A DNA stretch of 64,000 nt from Eledone cirrhosa. Lineage: Eukaryota. Below the pieces are notes generated by a model. It did not search any database. It saw only the letters and a program-made list of their open reading frames with translations, and was not told the origin of the DNA. The DNA is taken from positions 222,456,001-222,520,000 of the forward strand of contig OZ024743.1 of the NCBI GenBank assembly GCA_964016885.1. The letters are read 5' to 3'. Both the position numbers and the translations under genes were made by a program. This document shows, piece by piece, positions 25,894-37,421 of the stretch (its first letter is position 1; each line of letters starts with the position of its first letter).

Positions 25894-26548
25894 AAGATCA
25901 CATGAATGATTTATTGATGTAGGACATATCACAGCTGGGTTTAAACCAAAGATGACCATAGGCTATTTTGAAGGACCCAGTTTACAAAAGGTGGTTGAAA
26001 TAGTTGAACTGGAAGGTGATAAGAGTTATGGCATGCTCTAATCCTACCTAAGTGGTATCTTCTCAATCTTATGTTTGTTTATTTCTTTCACTAAATTTTT
26101 AACTTATTTCAATATATTGTACTATGAGAAAAATCTCTCCAAATTCTTGATTAATTTCAAAAATATTTGAAAATCATAGGCAGTGACTTTCATTAGAAAC
26201 ATGGTAAAGAAAGGGTTAATGTGTTTATATTTATCTAAAAACCTTCCATCATATAAGAACCTTTGTTACACTTCAAACACCACTCTAAAAATGAGAAAGT
26301 TAGTTATATTACTACATCCTTCCAAATTCTTGATTATTTTCAAAATTATTTGGAAACCATAGGTAATGTCTTTCCTTAGAAATACGGTAATAAAAGGTTT
26401 AAGACTCTTAGCCAAATATAGTGCCACATCAATGTTCCTTCAGTTGGTATTCCAACATTCTATCTAGTTTCTCAGTATGTAGCCCCCCTTAGTTTCTGAA
26501 GTAATATTATATAATTGACAAGTAGTTTCTGGGTGCTCAGTGACAAGA

Positions 26549-26806
26549 TTAATTCTTTTCACACAAGAATTCACATAAATGAAAGAGATCATCTACAATA
26601 TTGATGAAAGTCTGCGACGAAGTGAAGGTGGAAGGTTTACCAAGTTCCTTCACACAATAAGCAAGCAATCTGAAGATAAAAGCAGGATGAACATTCATAG
26701 AAGTACATCAATCAATAAGTTCTACAGAATGTTCCAGCAATTTCTTTGGATGAAAAGAACAGTTCAATGAATAAATATTTCAGATGTATGCGTGCAAGCA
26801 GAGATA
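26549..26806 (-). pseudogene. Exon-like frame interrupted by two TGA codons, product unidentified
   Basis: Acceptor atttcatctcatttccag|. Frame reads YLCLHAYI*NIYSLNCSFHPKKLLEHSVELID*CTSMNVHPAFIFRLLAYCVKELGKPSTFTSSQTFINIVDDLFHLCEFLCEKN*. Non-repetitive and protein-like in composition. Confidence 0.3.
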
Positions 26807-27054
26807 CTGGAAATGAGATGAAATAATGACAACCTTAAATATTAAACTGGAGAGAAGAGAATGCTGGGGAATTTTCTTTGTTATTGTTATTATTGTTATT
26901 AGTGGTTGTGTTATGAAGACGTTGTTATTGTTGTAGTCGTAGTGGTGTTGTGAAGGTGGTGAGTGTCAGAAATAGTAGAGTGCTGAAATAAATAATGGAT
27001 ATAATTGATTGAATTGATTCCAATATATGATTGATATTTATTTTATTGACTCCC

Positions 27055-27760
27055 ATATGCCATGTATAAAGATATTGTCAGCAAGGTGAGAATTGGCAAA
27101 AAGTTCAGCAAAAAACTTAGCATACAGTTAGTAGTTAGTCCATCAGAATGGTTCTCATCCCTGTCATGATTAGTATAAGAGTTCTCCAGGCCATAACAGA
27201 CGAGTTTAAGACTGGCTGTCCTTGGGATCTCTAGTGAGCTGATGACCTATTTTCTCATGGCAAAATCTGTCAAAGAATTAGAAGAAATTCCCAATGTGGA
27301 AGCAAAGCCTAGAATCGAGAGTTCTTAACCTTTTCAATGCCATATTTCTAACAAAAGACACTGAATATGGTTTTCTAATCCTTTTTTAACTAATTAAGAA
27401 TTTGCAAAGATTTAGTAATATAACTAACTTTCTCATTATTAAGTTGGTGTTTGGAGCATTGCTTAACAAAGGTCCACACATAAAATTATGATGGAAGGCT
27501 TTTATTTAGATAATAAATATATACACAATATCATAGCTGGTTTCAAGTGATTTTGTATGAAAAGAGTTAAAGTAAACCTAGCAAAGAGAAAGGTTTTAGT
27601 TTGGAGTAAAGAATATATGACTCTAATACCATCAGGGATATAGTCATGCTTAGTATGAGGTAGGATTTAGGCACTCTGTACCAAATGCAAACTAGGGTGC
27701 ACAAGAGGCGTAGAAGATTCACAAGCAGTTTGATAGGGAAGAAAAACTTCATAAGTAGCA
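27055..27760 (+). mobile_element. Decayed RTE-type LINE reverse transcriptase fragment, split by a MITE
   Basis: Translates through frameshifts as MYKDIVSKVRIG...VLQAITDEFKTGCPWDL..ADDL...KQSLESRVL/KVNLAK...CTKCKL..HKR (YADD region followed by a Cys-rich segment). Confidence 0.85.
27329..27566. mobile_element. MITE family B inserted at TTAA inside the RTE fragment
   Basis: TTAA at 27325-27328 and 27567-27570. Removing the insert restores ...RVLKVNLAK. Confidence 0.88.
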
Positions 27761-28374
27761 TATATAGATATATATATATTATCGCTAACTATTAACACAG
27801 CCAACTGTCTACAGTAAACTAAATGTATGCACTCTGAACAGTTGATTGCAACTGCATAACTGCAATTCGCCAGATTCATTGAGTGAGCTAGATGGTGGCC
27901 GAAGGATATTGAAATTATAACAGCAATCTTCATTACTTTTCTTATATATATGAATGTCACCCCACTGTTGATCAATATGCGCATATGTTTTATATGTCTC
28001 TTGTGTTTTATATGTCTCTTGGGCTGAAAAGGAGGTCAAGTATGTTATAGATCAGTAAATAGTTGCTCCGAAGAATCCAAACCTCGGTTTGGAGGAAACA
28101 ATTGTAAGCAAATAAATGACTTAAACTGAACTTTGATTATTGTAATCTCTATATATGTATATATATATATATATATATATACTGAGAAAAAACAGTAGAA
28201 AGAGGAAATAAACATGCATGTAAAGATAAAAGAGAAGTAGAGATAAAGTCTAAGAGACGCACAAAAAGAAGAGAGAAGAAAATTTATGTGAGAGCTGAAA
28301 TTTGGTTTAATTTACAAATATAAAAGTTAAATTTGAGTGATTTAATGATGGCCCAGCAGAGGAATCAAGGTTAC

Positions 28375-28447
28375 CTTCTTTTTAATGTTAGCTCTGTGAC
28401 TAATGCTAAAACCCTTCCAGAAGCTACTAGCAATTTGGTTCTCCTGT
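28375..28447 (-). other. Candidate internal exon (73 nt, or 69 nt from an alternative AG)
   Basis: Acceptor ctttctttcacag| and donor AAG|gtaacc. The 69-nt form reads ENQIASSFWKGFSISHRANIKKK. Confidence 0.35.
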
Positions 28448-28576
28448 CTGTGAAAGAAAGTTGGTTACTTACAGGTATTAGGTTGGTATTATATAAAGCA
28501 GGGATATTTCAGTTTATGTTGGTATTATATAAAGTAGCAATGTATCAGTTTGCATTTGTATTCAGCAGAGTTTATG

Positions 28577-28615
28577 ACTTACCTAAAAATACAAAAAGAA
28601 AAGGAAAATTAAGTA
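28577..28615 (-). promoter_or_regulatory. Candidate recursive splice site (3' splice site immediately followed by a 5' splice site)
   Basis: Minus strand reads tacttaattttccttttctttttgtatttttAG|GTAAGT. Confidence 0.45.
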
Positions 28616-28700
28616 CATACAATATAGTTTATATAGAATATTAAGAGAATATATTCACATATGATTGGTGTATTTACATGAGCATGTGTGCTTACATATA

Positions 28701-28810
28701 CAGCCCCCCCCCCTCCCCCCCAAAATGTATACACACTTCAACGGCATTCTAATAAATATTGCTTGTACGGGTAATAAAAGTGTGTATACATTTTGGGGGG
28801 GACAACCTGT
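28701..28810. mobile_element. Tiny Tc1-type MITE (decayed)
   Basis: cccccaaaatgtatacac...gtgtatacattttgggggg. Sister copy at 32855-32929. Confidence 0.7.
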
Positions 28811-28982
28811 TTATACAGAGTGGCACAAAAGCCACGCACCACCTTAACCATCATGTTATGAACATTTATCACATTTACAAAAATAACAAATATGAAGATA
28901 TTATGGCAAAGTGTTATTTTACTGATGCACGACTTTAGTGCCAGCCTGTCTAACTGTGGTTAACCCCCAACACAACTTGGGA

Positions 28983-29026
<44 letters not shown>

Positions 29027-29469
29027 TATATAGAAATGACTTCTACAAGACTAAAACTGTTTCATTCCTATGAAATCATCAAAAATGTGCGTGTATATAT
29101 ATATATATACACACACACAAATTACTGATGGAAGAGAGAAATACGTACATGCACAAACATATACACATATCAATATGAAAACAAACACACACATACATAA
29201 CAAAAACACACTCATCTAACTGTAAACACACACAAACACATATTCAAAACATACTGCAACACACACACACACATACATGTAAACAATGTGTAGACACATT
29301 CACAAGACACACAAAATGACAGACGATTATACCCTATAAATAATTACACATTTATCATGTGTGTGATAAACAAACATTATCACATATGTTATGTGAGTGA
29401 TAGATAACCCACCTCTCCACCCAACCCCAGTAAGAAGATCAATAATGGGAGAAGCTTTGAATTTTCTGT

Positions 29470-29671
29470 ATTAACCCAGCCGTATCCAGTCAGAATTCTC
29501 CCACCTCTTTCTGTTCAAACCAGCTCTAACCAGCCACTCATACTGATGTTAAGGTATTGTTCTCAAAATAAATAACATCAAACTCTCATAGACTCGATAA
29601 TATTTGAGATAATTATGATTATTACCATGATAATATAATAGTATATATAGAGTAATGTAAATGCTAATGGG
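29470..29671. mobile_element. MITE family A copy, truncated at one end
   Basis: Homologous to 10467-10701 and ends aatgctaatgggttaa. Confidence 0.8.
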
Positions 29672-29812
29672 TTAAGCCTTTTGATACTATATTCCTAATG
29701 AAAGATACGAAAGGTACTGCCTATGATTTTCAAATCATTTTTTAAATAATCAAGAACTTCTAGGTATTTACTAGGATAACTAATCTTTTCATCACTTAAC
29801 ATCATACAGGGT

Positions 29813-30100
29813 GAGTCATAAGTAATCAGGCAGTCAATGCATATTTATTGCAAGGTTCACAGATAACTTTTTGAACATCTGCTTTGAAATATATTGAGGA
29901 ACGGTAATTCATGTCAATTCTTACCTAACTTTTTGTTTCAAGGATATGTGAAAATATATAAGAATGGAGTGGTGGATAATTGAAAGGACAGGAAGTTTTA
30001 GATCAGAATTTGCAGTTTTGTTGCAAATAATCTTTTGAACTGTAAAATAACAAAGTCTGCATTTCTCAGATTCCAATATGTGACAGGAGAACAATTGGAG
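29813..30100 (+). mobile_element. Highly decayed Tc1/mariner-type remnant
   Basis: TA|CAGGGTG terminus and a NFLFQGYVK segment resembling DFFLWGYVK of Tc1-like transposases. Confidence 0.4.
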
Positions 30101-30529
30101 ACAACTAGCAAGGAAATTGTTGAGAAATCTAAAGAAATTGAATACTTAACAGATGTTCTTGATAGTAGCTCTACATTTAGCTTAAGAATCTTCCAGAAAC
30201 AGACCAGGTTTTGTTGGTTTATCAATAATGAAAGACAAATTTTACATTTATGCATTTGTTTTGCTAGATTCTTGATGTGAAATTATGTGTTGTTATATTT
30301 TGGGATGGTAATTTTGCCAATTTTGACAATTTTGTCAATAAATTCACACACTATTTGATATTCATTAGTAAAGTGTTATTAGTGGTTGGTTATTTTGTCA
30401 AAGCCTTATTCTGTTTACTACATAGTAAAAAGAATAAAGTCAGAAAGAAGAAAAGACACAGAGAAGAAGAGTAGCAAAGTCACATAATGTGTGATGAAAG
30501 ATCTTTGACAAAATAATCAACCAATATAA

Positions 30530-30747
30530 ATGATTTCTACTATAAGCACAAAGTAGCAATTTTGGGGAAGTGGAAAGTCAATTAAATCAACCCAGTGCAT
30601 TACTGGTACTTTATGTTATCGACTCTGTAAGGATGACAGGCAAAGCTAACCATGGCAGGATTTGAACTCAGAACATAAGGCGGTCGTAACTCAATGCCGC
30701 AAAGCATGTTGTCCAACGCTCCACCGATTCTGCCAATCTACTGCCCT
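30530..30747 (-). mobile_element. SINE S1 copy
   Basis: Reverse complement of tctgagttcaaatcc...atccttac...gataacataaagtaccagtaatgcactggg. Confidence 0.8.
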
Positions 30748-31306
30748 TAAATAAAAATAAATCAATTAGTGTGTGTTTTTTTATTGGCAAAATGAACATA
30801 CCCAAGTAGAGGGGTAAATCTAAATTCCACAACATATATGCATTGAAATAATTATTAATTTTAGTAAACTTCTCAAACTTCTGCCTGTAGAATGCTCAGC
30901 CACTAGTTTACTTTATTCTACAAGGTGGTCATGGTTGGAGTCTAACAAGTGAAAGCAGTAATGGAATTGCTAGTTCATATTCAATATATAGTTGATTGTT
31001 TCTTCCACTAATCATTATACAGTGAATCAAAACTAAACATTTTCACTCCATTGAATACACAGAACAGCTATCAGGTTTGATTAGGTAAGGAATAAAATCT
31101 ATTGATTGACGGTTCAGTAAAGATATTAGTGTTGTTGGTTGTGTATCTAATAATAGTGGAGTTGCTAGGTTTCATAGTGTCTCAAACAGAAAGGTCCACG
31201 GATGTTCGGACTTTATTGATGACAAAGGTGTTCTTTGTACACATAAAATACCTACTCTATGACGCATGTATGACGTGTGGAGGTGGCTCTTACAATAGAG
31301 AAATGT

Positions 31307-31339
<33 letters not shown>

Positions 31340-31407
31340 CATTAATGGCTGCAGTGCAATGAGTTTTAAAATAACCCATTGCATATGTAATGAGAATCTA
31401 AAATACA

Positions 31408-31455
<48 letters not shown>

Positions 31456-31525
31456 GATACATACATCTTTGCTAACAGGGAAAAAAGACATTAAATTATG
31501 ATGATGATTGATTGATATATATATA

Positions 31526-31585
31526 TGTCACATGTTTATGTGAGTGTGTGTGTATATACACACACACTCACATAAACATGTGACA
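31526..31585. repeat. Perfect 60-bp palindrome with no spacer
   Basis: tgtcacatgtttatgtgagtgtgtgtgtat | atacacacacactcacataaacatgtgaca. Confidence 0.92.
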
Positions 31586-32507
31586 CATATACACACAGAT
31601 GTGTAATATATATATATAAATATATATCTATATATATACACACACACATGCATATATACTTAAGTATTTATACTGGCAAGCACACATATATATAAATATA
31701 GATATGTAGATAGGTGGTTGTATTTGTGTCTATAGTTACAGTGTGTAAACTAACATTTGCCCTGTATATTAGAATACACAGTAGAGCTAGCAGTATGAAG
31801 AGGCAAGGATTATAATCCATTGATTGCTTTCACTGATGTTTCATTGATGGTAATGTTGTTTGTGTCACACATAAATACACAGACAGACAGATGTGTGTGT
31901 TTGTGTATGTGCATGGTTACATATACATGCGTGGGCTAGTAACTATATTTGGTTATCAAGATTACAAATCCATACCTGATACAGGTTTGTATTCTTGGTT
32001 ATAAAAAAATAACTATATATATATATATATCTATGACAAAAAGCAGCCAGCCCACACTGTAAAGTAGTCATGTAGGTGTCATGATAAAAAGCAGCCTGTC
32101 CACGCTGTAAAGTAGTCATGTAGGTGTCATGATAAGAAGCAGCCTGTCCACGCTGTAAATGTAGTTGGCATTAGGAAGGGCATCCAGCCATAGAAACCAA
32201 ACCAAAATCAGTTCAGTATGAGCAAGACATAGTCACCTGACTTCTTTCAAAACAGGACAATTCATCTAACCCAAGCTATCATGGAAAATAGACATTAAAC
32301 AGTGATGATGATATATATATAATAGTTTAGATGAATTGATAATATAACCATATAAATCAAAGAATATTTCAAAGCTCAAATGTGACTTTATAGTCCACAG
32401 CAAGATAGGTAAAAGACATTTAATAGTTTAATCAAATCAGTAAATTTCCAATCACAGTAATTTTACAATATCACATATAAAATGAATAAAAATAGCCCCG
32501 TTAATTG

Positions 32508-32695
32508 ACAGTGGATTGGCAGTATCGGTAGAAGGTCGGGTGCCATGCTTTGCAGCAAAGAGTTACTGCGCTTTATGGTCTGAGTTCAAATTCCGCTGAG
32601 GTTAACTTTGCCTTTCATCCATACGGGTGTCGATAAAATAAAGTACCAGTAATGTACTGGGTAATTGCTGGCCTTGTGCCAAAAGTAGAAACAAT
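32508..32695 (+). mobile_element. SINE S1 copy inserted into an AT-rich fold-back sequence
   Basis: gtggattggcagtatcggtag (A-box-like)...gagttcaaattcc (B-box-like)...ccttgtgccaaaagtagaaacaatt. Confidence 0.85.
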
Positions 32696-32854
32696 TAAAT
32701 TATTTAATTGATTTACGAACATTTCTATATTTAATAGATTCTGAAGAAATCAATACAGAAGGAAAATGTATTTTCTTACTGTATTGATAGAAACGTTTGT
32801 AAATCAATTAAATAATTTAATGTAATAATCCTGGTTATTTTTATTCATTATACA

Positions 32855-32929
32855 CAGGGTGTCCCAAAAAATGTATACACATTTGCCTGTACAGGTAATC
32901 AAAGTGTGGATACATTTTTGGGACACCCT
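32855..32929. mobile_element. Tiny Tc1-type MITE
   Basis: cagggtgtcccaaaaaatgtatacac...gtggatacatttttgggacaccct. Confidence 0.8.
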
Positions 32930-34398
32930 ACATATATATATGATGATATATATGTGTGTGTGTGTGTGTGTCATTACTACAATCCCTATATATATATATC
33001 ATCAATAGTTATGTGTGTGTATGTGTGTTTTATCACAACCATTGCCATTTTTATGTCTGTTTGTCCATGCTGACATGAGTTTAATGGGACCATTTTGAGG
33101 TAGTATTCTATCCTCAGATGCCCTACACATCATCATCATCCTCATCATCACAACCATTACCCTTTTACGTCTATGTTCCAAGCTAGCATGGGTTGGACAG
33201 GTTGTCATGTTCTGGGACTAGACAAGTAAGTTGACCACATCTTGCTCATACCTTCAAGTTTGGCATGGTTTCTACATCTGGTTGTCCTTCCTAATGCCAA
33301 CAACTTTACAGTGTGTACTGGGTGGGTTTTATCATGGCACCAAATCCCAAACTGTGTCTGTATGAGTTGTTACACAGTATTCCTCATTCTTGAGCTTCAG
33401 GTAACTGATCCTATGATGTTAGTAGACTTTTTTAAATATATTTATTGAGTGAATCTATTTCGGCCATGGTGAAAACAACTTGGCTACATAACAATGTGTG
33501 TGTGTGTATGTGTGTGTGTGGTTGGTTGGCAATAGGAAGGGCATCCAGCTGTAGAAACCAAACCAGGACAGGTTCTGTGTGAGCACAACACAGCCATCTG
33601 ATCTGACTTGCCTCACAACGGGACAACCCATCTAACCCATGCTAGCATGGAAAATGGACATTAGACAGTGGTTATATATATATTTACAAAAAGAATTATT
33701 GAAATATAAGAAATTCATAAGAATTTCTACAGAACAACATAAGCAGTTACGGTGATTTTCTACAGCAAAGCTTCTTACGTGAAATTCCATGGAGAATTAT
33801 CATGAGAGTGGCCATAATCATTCTTATTTTATGTCCATTTTCCATGCTAATACAAGTTGCACAAGTTATCATCGTGAGAGTATTTTTATTTAGAGCTACT
33901 GACTTGCTAAGCTGGCTACAAGACCATGTCTTACACATGCATTGCAATTTTTTGACACAGTTTCTATGGCTGGATGTCTTTTCTAGTACCAACAACTTTC
34001 TCAGGATGTACTGAGTGTATTTTATAGAAGTTGCCTCGAAAGAACAGATGCTATGTAGTCTAGAGAGGACTCTTCGATTTAGCAAATGACAAGGTGATGT
34101 CTCTAGTATTGGTGCAATGATAAAATGTACTCATTACACTCTAATAAGTAGATGTCTTAATGTACAGTGACAATCAATAGAATATATAGAAGACTGTTTA
34201 GTTTTGTTTAGGATATATGGAGGAAATATATTAACAATGATATGTATTTTGTTAGAGAGGGAAACAAAGCAATGTTTCAACAAATGTGTAATGTTAGTGT
34301 ACATATAAATAATACAATGTGTAGTGTTAGTGTGTATATACAATGTGTAATGTTAGTGCATATATAAATGTGTAATGTTAGTGTTTATATACAATGTA

Positions 34399-35287
34399 CA
34401 AGGTGTATTAGAAAAGTTCCAGGACTGATATCACAAAAGATTTATTTCAAACCCAAATTTCACACTAAGAGTTTTCTCCTTCAAAGTAATCCCCCTGGAG
34501 TATGTAACTGTAATCTTAGCTCTCTGCAGCGATTAAACTTTTTTCTTCATAATTTTATATACATGTCCTCTGTTTCAGGTCGTCAAGCAATGAGCACAGA
34601 GCAACGAACAAACTTGAAGTTTCTGGTACGGTTGGGGAAAACTGAGCTGCAGCAAGTGTATGGAGATGAGACAATGTCAAGCTCACGTGTTTTTGAGTGG
34701 TGCAAGAGGTTTAAAGAGGGACGCGAGGACGTGGAAGATGATCCCAGGAGCGGAGGGCCCTCAACAACCAGGACTGAGGTCAACATTGAGCGCGTCAGCC
34801 AGATGCTACGTAGTGATCGTTGGCTGACTGTTCGACTGATGGCAAATGAGCTGGGCATGAATCGGGACAGCGTCTGAAAGATTCTCACTGAAGATTTGGA
34901 CATGCGGAAAGTCTGCGCGAAGATGGTGCCAAAACTGCTGAACGATGACCAGAAGGGTCAACGCATGCAAGTGTGCCAGGACATCCTTGAGCATCTTGAA
35001 ACCGAACCAGACTTGCTAGGGACAGTCCATCACCAGTGATGAGTCATGGATCTTCGAGTACGACCTGGAGGGGATCCGTTTTGAAGACGTGGACGACACC
35101 AAAAAGGCCGTGATGATGGAACTGCGGAGAACCCTTCCAGGAGTGCATGCAAGCATGGCAGAAAAGAATGGAAAAGTGCATTAGACTCCAGGGGGATTAC
35201 TTTGAAGGAGGAAACTCTTAGTGTGAAGTTTGGGTTTGAAATAAATCTTTTGTGACATCAGTCGTGGAACTTTTCTGACACACCTCG
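34399..35287 (+). mobile_element. Internally deleted mariner transposon (transposase pseudogene)
   Basis: TA target duplication and ~100-bp terminal inverted repeats. Reads MSTEQRTNLKFLVRLGK...VFEWCKRFKEGREDVEDDPRSG...MVPKLL...DESWIFEYD, then jumps to the C-terminus (...KCIRLQGDYFEG). Has an in-frame stop and frameshifts. Confidence 0.95.
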
Positions 35288-35369
35288 TATATATACAATG
35301 TGTAATGTTAGTGTGTATATATATATATACAATGTGTAATGTTAGTGTGTATATAAAGAACATAGCACA

Positions 35370-35650
35370 GATAAGCTGATGAAGAAACTGGGCATAAGAG
35401 ACATGAGATGAAGTTATAAGATAGAAGAACTGATATATAGATATAGATATATGATGGTACAAATGGATGTTTGGTGGGGGAAGACATGTGAGGAGAAGAC
35501 TGAGGAATGAACCTGGAATAGAGGAAGACCAAGGAGAAACTGTACCAGGGGTGGTGATGCACTGAGTGAAAGAAAATTGTACTAGAAAAGAACCATCTGA
35601 CCCGACCCATGCAAGCATGGAAAAAATTGAACTTAAAGTGATGATGATAT
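35370..35650 (+). mobile_element. Decayed RTE LINE 3' end
   Basis: KKLGIRD and RGRPR remnants plus the tail acccatgcaagcatggaaaa...gatgatg. Confidence 0.6.
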
Positions 35651-35664
35651 ATATATGGGTAGGT

Positions 35665-36060
35665 AAGTTGGTGATGGTGGTGGTGGTGGCGGTGGTAGTG
35701 ATGATGATGATGATGTACATAAGTGTAAGGTGGTGGCAGTGGTGGTGATGGTAGTGGTGGTGATGATGGTGATGATGTACATAAGTGTAAGGTGGTGGTG
35801 GTGATGATGATGATGTACATAAGTGTAAGGTGGTGGTGATGATGGTTATGATGTACATAGGTGTAAGGTGATGACAGTGGTGGTGATGTTAGTGGTGGTG
35901 GTGATGATGGTGATGATGTACATAAGTGTAAAGTGGTGGTGGTGGTGGTGATGATGGTTATGTATGTGTGTATGTATGTATGTGTACTGTTTATAATGTA
36001 CTGAGATAGTGATGGTGGTTGTGGTGATGAAGTACATAAGTGTAAGTAAGATAGTGGTGG
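35665..36060. repeat. (GGT/GAT)n tract punctuated by gtacataagtgtaag
   Basis: The motif recurs about 6 times between trinucleotide runs. Confidence 0.85.
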
Positions 36061-36082
36061 TCATGTATGTATCATCATTCAT

Positions 36083-36412
36083 CATTTCATTTTACATCCG
36101 CTTTTTCCCTGCTTGCAAGGGTAGGACGGGAACTGATTCTGGCTTGATTTCTACAGCTGGATGCCCTTCCTAACACCAACCTCATTTACAGTGAGTGCTG
36201 GCTGCTTTTTTGCCGTGGCACCTCCACGACCACTTTGCAGTGGAATGATAGGGACCCCAGTCCCTATCATCTCATTTCTACAGCTGAGTAAACTGGAGCA
36301 ATGTGAAATAAAGTGTCTTGCTCAAGGAAACAACACATCACCCGGTCTGAGAATTGAACTCACAACCTTTCGATTGCAAGGCCAATGCTCTAACCACTAA
36401 GCCATGTGCCTC
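36083..36412 (-). mobile_element. Near full-length tRNA-derived SINE (family S2) with RTE-derived 3' tail
   Basis: Minus strand: ggcacatggcttagtggttagagc (A box)...gagttcaattc (B box)...cccttgcaagcagggaaaaagcggatgtaaaatg. Close inverted homologue at 53652-53945. Confidence 0.88.
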
Positions 36413-36413
36413 C

Positions 36414-36460
<47 letters not shown>

Positions 36461-37421
36461 TATATGTATGTGTATATGTATATATGTATGTATATACATA
36501 TGTATATACACTGTTTATGATGTACCGAGAGGGTGACAAGTTAGCCATCAGCAACTCTCTTCTTAAGACAACAACAGAGAAGAAGTGATGAACTAAATAA
36601 ATATTTTATCTTCCTTCTTGAAGATTTTTCATAGCTTCTGCTTTTAATATCTTCAGTTGATATTACATTCCCACTTCTTATGGTAAATATCTATACACAC
36701 ATACACATACATATATACACTTTGATCTCAATCATCAGTGCATAAATACACACACACATAAATATATCTTTATATATATATATATATATGTACACACATA
36801 CACACACAAATATATATATATATATATATATGCCTTATGCATGTGTATTTGAATATATATATATATGTATATATATATATAATCAATCGATATTATATAT
36901 AAAGTACAGAAGAATACCAAACAATACTTCGGAAGCAAAGAATACCCCCACAGCACCCAACATGCTAAGGAATTTGGTAAGGAGATCATCACCATCACCA
37001 TCATCATTAAACATCCGCTTTCCCTGCTAACAAGGGTTGGATATATTGTATGTAGATTATGTGAGAAGGTTAGTGAAAGGTGATCTATTGCATGTACAGT
37101 GTTAACTTGCAAGAAAAGTAGGAACTTTAGTGAGCTGAGAGAACAGTTTGGTATTAAGATGCATGGCCTTGTGGTTAGGGTGTTCGAAAATCATAAAGTC
37201 ATGGGTTCAATTCTAGACGTGATTGGTGCATTGTGTTCTTGAGCGAGGCACTTCATTTCATGTTGCTTTTCATGATAGGACTGAGACCCCTAGCATAAAA
37301 ACACCAAAGAAATATACACAGGTGTGAGCTGTAAATCTAATTTCAACTACCCTGTTATGGTTGAAGGTACAATTGACAGTATCTGTAGCAAAGGAAGATG
37401 TTGTGCCAATAAATGAGTCTT

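Noticed and set aside
35376-35390. CTGATGA-a-GAAAC minimal hammerhead-like core
   Set aside because: It lies in an RTE coding remnant and has no flanking helices.
36330-36412. tRNA-like sequence with A and B boxes
   Set aside because: It is the head of a SINE continuing into a repeat body and tail, with no clean cloverleaf.
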